From Marispirochaeta sp. (GTDB lineage: Bacteria > Spirochaetota > Spirochaetia > JC444 > Marispirochaetaceae), in the NCBI GenBank assembly GCA_963676835.2, contig CAXXFF010000001.1, positions 32,001 through 96,000 on the forward strand: 64,000 nucleotides of DNA, written 5' to 3'. A model generated the notes under the pieces. The model did not search any database and had not been told where the DNA came from. It worked only from the letters and a program-made list of their open reading frames with translations. Position numbers and translations under genes: made by a program. Of this stretch, positions 60,085-64,000 are shown one piece after another. Each line of letters starts with the position of its first letter. Within the stretch, counting starts at the first letter, position 1.

Positions 60085-60211
60085 TTTCTCTATCAACCTC
60101 CGATTCCCGGTTTTCAATAAATGCGATTATTCCAAACACTAAAAGTCCTACCACGACTGCACCGACGCATCCACCAATAGACGCCCAGAAGCCAAACAGA
60201 AACGGGTTCAT
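60074..60211 (-). CDS. small single-TM protein
   Basis: GGAGG RBS, ATGA overlap, hydrophobic Gly-rich helix. Confidence 0.55.
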   Translation of the reverse strand: MNPFLFGFWASIGGCVGAVVVGLLVFGIIAFIENRESEVDRENEE

Positions 60212-60393
60212 ATTTCCTCCACTGAGGTTCGCCGGAAGGCAACCATTCTTTTTTCGCTTGAAGAATTTACTTCTCCACAACGGCCGTATTTTTTGCATCT
60301 GTTAGCACCGTCCTTCTTAATCCGGTAAGAACAGTTTCGTCCGTCACCACAATTTCCGCCGCCAAGATAATAGATACACTTCGATTCGCTCAT
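60208..60393 (-). CDS. small Cys-rich protein
   Basis: ATGA overlaps at both ends; five Cys residues. Confidence 0.55.
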   Translation of the reverse strand: MSESKCIYYLGGGNCGDGRNCSYRIKKDGANRCKKYGRCGEVNSSSEKRMVAFRRTSVEEI

Positions 60394-60665
60394 GCCGTAC
60401 CCCGTAACCGCTCAACCTTGTCGCATTTCTGAATTATCATGTGTGCATAATTGGCGATGTCAGCCGCTTCCAACCTGATTAGATCGGTGTCCTGGTGGTG
60501 ATTGTCTATTTCTTTTTCCAGCTCATTAAGCTCTTCCTGTAGCATGACAAAGAGCTGCCCGAACGAAAGGTTATTCCATCCTCCTTTCTCTTCATTCATT
60601 TTCAGCTTAACCAGCTGGGCTTGGTTGCCTGCTTTAAGCAGTTTTTCATAATTCCGCTTTTCCAT
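60390..60665 (-). CDS. MazG-like all-alpha NTP pyrophosphatase-like protein
   Basis: QEELNEL...LEAADIANYA (ExxE...ExxD) motif. Confidence 0.6.
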   Translation of the reverse strand: MEKRNYEKLLKAGNQAQLVKLKMNEEKGGWNNLSFGQLFVMLQEELNELEKEIDNHHQDTDLIRLEAADIANYAHMIIQKCDKVERLRGTA

Positions 60666-60826
60666 TCATTACTCCATAAATTGTATTTATCCATAATGCG
60701 AAGCATGGCCATATTCTCCGCGCGCGTTCTTTTCATTCCGCCGTCATATTCCATAATGGCGGCGCGTTCTTCGAGCTCTTCACGGTATCGCGGATACCGT
60801 TCAAGAAACTCGGTATACGTCATCAC
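60602..60826 (-). CDS. phage-type hypothetical protein
   Basis: EERAAIMEYDGGM-x-R-x-x-AE motif; ATGA overlap with the recombinase stop. Confidence 0.65.
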   Translation of the reverse strand: MMTYTEFLERYPRYREELEERAAIMEYDGGMKRTRAENMAMLRIMDKYNLWSNEWKSGIMKNCLKQATKPSWLS

Positions 60827-61797
60827 TCGTTGGTCCCTGATGATTCTCTTTTCGTTAACCGCTTTTCAAAATCGGGGATTTCTTCAAGTTTCACTGTTGT
60901 ATGGATGTACATGTCCGCGGTTAACTCTGTTTTTGCATGTCCGAGGTAGTCGCTTACTGCTTTCAGGTCTTTTCCGTTCTGCAGCATCATCATGGCAAAG
61001 GAATGCCGGAATACATGAGGCCCGATCTTGCGGTTTATAATGTCGACTGATAACTCTTGTATCTTTTTATAGATAAACTTGCGGTCAAGAATGGTCTTGT
61101 CCCGGGTGCAGAAAAGATAGTCATGCCCCTGATACAGTCTTTCTATACGGGTCCATAGGCTTTTAGTTATCTGAACATGCCGCTCTTTGTTGCCTTTTCC
61201 GGTAACGACAATATCAACGAAATCATCATGTACTGTTGCTGCGCTCCGCCGGCAGTTGGTCAGCTCAGATACCCGGCAACCAGTTGTAATAAGAAAAAGG
61301 ATAATCGCCTGAGTGTGCCTGTCTGCTTTTTTAAGAAATACGTCTACCTCATCCGGTGTCAGGTATCGCTCTCGCGGAATGCGCTTCGTCTGGATCCGCT
61401 TGGTTTTGATAGAGCGAAAAAGCCGGTCAATGAAGAATTGATCAAGACGGCTCCAGCGTTCCGGATTCTGTGCAATCAGTTCAGCAACTATCTTTTTAAC
61501 TGCACATTTTTTCCGGTTAAGTGTTTGGGCCCGTTCATCTGCAGCCGCCGCCAGCTCTATATACTGGATCAGGCTCAAGAGCGTGAACGGTCTGTTGAAT
61601 GCCTCAAGGTAGCTGATGATATGTGTATTGGTTGGAAGGTAGCTACCGAAGATCCGACTATTGAGTAGAAACCCCTGAACCTGCTCTAACGGGAAGATTT
61701 CCTGTTCCAGGCTACTGATATGCCTGATATCCTCCCCCATGGGCTCTAAATAGACAGAAGATTGATTCTGTATATTATTTTCTGTCGTTTTATTCAC
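60823..61797 (-). CDS. tyrosine recombinase (XerC/D-like catalytic domain)
   Basis: TGCRVSE, GKGNKER, PHVFRHSFA, LGHA, MY: the full R-K-H-R-H-Y set. Confidence 0.93.
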   Translation of the reverse strand: MNKTTENNIQNQSSVYLEPMGEDIRHISSLEQEIFPLEQVQGFLLNSRIFGSYLPTNTHIISYLEAFNRPFTLLSLIQYIELAAAADERAQTLNRKKCAVKKIVAELIAQNPERWSRLDQFFIDRLFRSIKTKRIQTKRIPRERYLTPDEVDVFLKKADRHTQAIILFLITTGCRVSELTNCRRSAATVHDDFVDIVVTGKGNKERHVQITKSLWTRIERLYQGHDYLFCTRDKTILDRKFIYKKIQELSVDIINRKIGPHVFRHSFAMMMLQNGKDLKAVSDYLGHAKTELTADMYIHTTVKLEEIPDFEKRLTKRESSGTNE

Positions 61798-62588
61798 GCA
61801 ATTTCACCACCGCGTTCAACCAGTAGATCAATTATTGCTTTAAAAGTTGATTCTTCAGCACAGTATACTTTCAGGTTTGAGTGGGTCCGGTCGAGCTTCA
61901 GGTAAAACATACCGATATCCTGTTTGCCGGCTTTCGATACCGTTTTTCCGTTTTTCCGTTTTTCCGTTATCTTCTTCTTTGGATCAACAATCTGTTCGCA
62001 GTATTCTTCGAGTTTATCCGGCATCCACCGTTTACCAAGTACGGCAGCAGACATCTTTAACCAGTATTTCTTTTCATGCCGAGTTACAATGCGCCCTATT
62101 TCAAGGGTCATCTGGTTAATTACATGAATGGGTATTTTCCCTGATTCAATCAGGTATGTGCGCAGGACATGGTATCCGATGCGGCGCTCTACCCAGATAT
62201 GTGCCCGGCCGAGTATTTGCCCGAGTCGTGTTTTTGATATATCCAGTTCCTGGAATAGCTCGAATACACATTTTGCCTCTTCATGCACAAGCATATTTGC
62301 ACGCTGCATATTCTCCGTAAGCTGTACGGCTTTAACATTTTTAAAGCTTTCCACTATCGCCGGGATCTTTTCCCAGCCCAAAGCTTTACAGGCGTTATAT
62401 CTTCTATGCCCTGCCACAAGGTGAAAATCTCCATCATTAACAGAAACAAGAATTGGCTGCAGCAGACCATGTGCTTCAATAGAGGCTTTTAGATCATCGA
62501 TATCGACTGAATCATCACGGATGTTTTTTACCTTGTGAATTTTTTCAATAGGAATGTGTTGAATGTCGTTCATCTTCTTCTCCTTCAT
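61794..62588 (-). CDS. ParB/Spo0J-like protein
   Basis: LKASI...GLLQPILV, VAGHRRYNA, ENMQR, then an HTH-like segment. Confidence 0.9.
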   Translation of the reverse strand: MKEKKMNDIQHIPIEKIHKVKNIRDDSVDIDDLKASIEAHGLLQPILVSVNDGDFHLVAGHRRYNACKALGWEKIPAIVESFKNVKAVQLTENMQRANMLVHEEAKCVFELFQELDISKTRLGQILGRAHIWVERRIGYHVLRTYLIESGKIPIHVINQMTLEIGRIVTRHEKKYWLKMSAAVLGKRWMPDKLEEYCEQIVDPKKKITEKRKNGKTVSKAGKQDIGMFYLKLDRTHSNLKVYCAEESTFKAIIDLLVERGGEIA

Positions 62589-62809
62589 GGCAGTACCATT
62601 AAATTCTCACCAGCTGCAGCACGGCGGGATAATTCTCGTTCCAGTGGTTCGACACTCTTGGACAGGAGTTTGTCGGTCTTTTCGTACAGCTCAATAATTA
62701 ATTTGGTATAGTCTACGGGAAGGTCATCGAATACATCACCAAGTTTCAAAAGATTCCGCCGCAGTTCATCGATGCGATACCATGTGGATGGATTTCTTAC
62801 TTCCGGCAT
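62585..62809 (-). CDS. small hypothetical protein
   Basis: ATG after GGGAGG; stop overlaps the ParB start. Confidence 0.6.
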   Translation of the reverse strand: MPEVRNPSTWYRIDELRRNLLKLGDVFDDLPVDYTKLIIELYEKTDKLLSKSVEPLERELSRRAAAGENLMVLP

Positions 62810-62991
62810 GCCTGTCCCTCCCTGCATTCAGAACATTTCAGTGTATGTATTCTTGTTTTGAGCTCTACGAACATCGGTGTAAGTTCAGAAGCAGGCTTTT
62901 TCTCCATGACCGATTTTCGCTGAATTGATGCCATATCATCGATGTATTGATACAATGCGTTTATTCCCTGGCTCATTGTGTAATCCTGCAA
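62797..62991 (-). CDS. small hypothetical protein
   Basis: Fits the overlapping gene chain; CxxC near the C-terminus. Confidence 0.5.
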   Translation of the reverse strand: MQDYTMSQGINALYQYIDDMASIQRKSVMEKKPASELTPMFVELKTRIHTLKCSECREGQACRK

Positions 62992-63740
62992 AAAAGAGAA
63001 GACTGTGAGTAGGTAAGTACTTTTTTATTTGCCAATTTGAAAAAGTCTTTTTTTATTTCAAATCCATAACCTCTGCGGTTAAGATTTTTAGCAGCAAGCA
63101 ATGAAACAGCGGATCCTGCCACCGGATCAATTACGACTTCATTTTCATCGGTGAATATTTCAATAAACCGTTCCAAGAGTCTTACCGGTTTTTGTGTCGG
63201 GTGTACTTTTGGTGTTTCATTATCACGCGGCCAGTCCATATTATTAAAAACCATATTTCCGTGGTTGTTGAATTTGGGCAGCTTGTCACGGTAAAACAGG
63301 ATTGCATATTCTGCATTCCCAACTATCCGCATATTGGCTTTTAATACCTGAGGTGAAAAATCTTTCTTAAAAACAAGGTTGATGAATTTCGGAAATCCGT
63401 GTTTCTTTGCTTCTTCGATCAATTCAAACTGCTGCTCAAATGCGCAGAAGACTATCATACAGCCGGCTTTACCGCGTTCTTTCGGTTCAGGCTTTAACAG
63501 CCTACCGCAGAAGTGAAAGAATTCTGGAATGCGGAAATCGTTGTCAGTATCGAAAAAAGCTTTCCCGGCAAGGTTACTTTCTCCGTTTTTATTATCACCA
63601 TCAATGTACCAAGAAGGATTACTGCCGTATGCATTAATCCCGACATTGTAAGGAATATCTGCAATGACCAGCTGGGCTTTCGGTATGTTGTAAAGCTTAT
63701 AGTTCTGGAAGTGATCATTGAACAGTTTGATTTTATCCAC
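62973..63740 (-). CDS. orphan N6A/N4C DNA methyltransferase (beta class)
   Basis: Motif IV IADIPY precedes HPTQKP and motif I VIDPVAGS; GFEI. GTG start at 63740 chosen. Confidence 0.9.
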   Translation of the reverse strand: MDKIKLFNDHFQNYKLYNIPKAQLVIADIPYNVGINAYGSNPSWYIDGDNKNGESNLAGKAFFDTDNDFRIPEFFHFCGRLLKPEPKERGKAGCMIVFCAFEQQFELIEEAKKHGFPKFINLVFKKDFSPQVLKANMRIVGNAEYAILFYRDKLPKFNNHGNMVFNNMDWPRDNETPKVHPTQKPVRLLERFIEIFTDENEVVIDPVAGSAVSLLAAKNLNRRGYGFEIKKDFFKLANKKVLTYSQSSLFCRITQ

Positions 63741-63925
63741 TATCTTTCCTTTACTTGTAATTACAGGGAGCAGGAGGAGTCGAACCTCCTTCCGGTGTAT
63801 GGACCGTCCACCAAGTCCCACGACGGTTTATCCAAAACCCTCCACAGATGGCGGAGCACCACACAACCCGGGACCCCCAAGATCGCCGGGCTTCCACCGA
63901 CTGCTCCGGACTTTTCCGGATCTGA

Positions 63926-63997
63926 TAGCGGGGGGCGGAATCGAACCGCCTACCTGGAGGATATGAGCCTCCCGAGCTGCCAATGCTCTACTCCACG
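63926..63997 (-). tRNA. initiator-like tRNA-Met (CAT), atypical
   Basis: CGTGGAG-TA-GAGC-ATTGGCA-GCTC-G-GGAGG-CTCATAT-CCTCC-AGGTA-GGCGG-TTCGATT-CCGCC-CCCCGCT-A. Confidence 0.8.
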
Positions 63998-64000
63998 ATG

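Larger units (their letters stand above)
59070..64000 (-). mobile_element. prophage-like early/accessory operon (partial, extends beyond the window)
   Basis: Chain of short overlapping co-oriented ORFs, orphan MTase, ParB, recombinase and a tRNA. No structural genes are in the window. Confidence 0.7.

Noticed and set aside
1..64000. CRISPR array or rRNA genes
   Set aside because: No regularly spaced short repeats, cas genes or rRNA-like sequence were seen.

Overview
Window from a spirochaete-like bacterial chromosome (taxon inferred from gene order and protein style). 1-39.3 kb is housekeeping backbone. The + strand carries fmt(3' end)-PASTA protein-rpe-TPR genes-dtd-recA-folK-scpA-scpB-rluB-cmk-rpsA-GAF/sigma54 activator-CHASE2 adenylate cyclase-mazG. 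The - strand carries tRNA-Tyr, YkgJ, an MBL hydrolase, a large barrel/Ig-repeat/OmpA protein, mltG-dnaG-rpoD, rnpB, mreBCD-mrdA-rodA and a radical SAM gene. 39.4-48 kb is a catabolic module: a sugar ABC transporter, amidohydrolase and SDR behind a sigma54 promoter with two candidate enhancer palindromes. Divergent from it lie an NtrC-type regulator and a cytoplasmic histidine kinase whose N-terminal domain is a sugar-ABC ATPase domain. 48-57.8 kb is a mosaic accessory island built around a WYL regulator. A palindrome, CG(A/T)CA-N5-TGTCG, recurs three times at near-fixed spacing from -10-like hexamers, upstream of a degenerate DnaB-like gene, a His-rich small gene pair, NUDIX + ADP-ribosylglycohydrolase and a small basic gene. 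vapBC, RhuM and a primase fragment sit between partial gene duplications. An IS3 element without target duplication (57841-59069) joins this island to a prophage-like operon (small ORFs, tyrosine recombinase, ParB, DNA methyltransferase, initiator-like tRNA-Met) that runs off the window end. All calls come from reading sequence and motifs by eye; no database searches were run.
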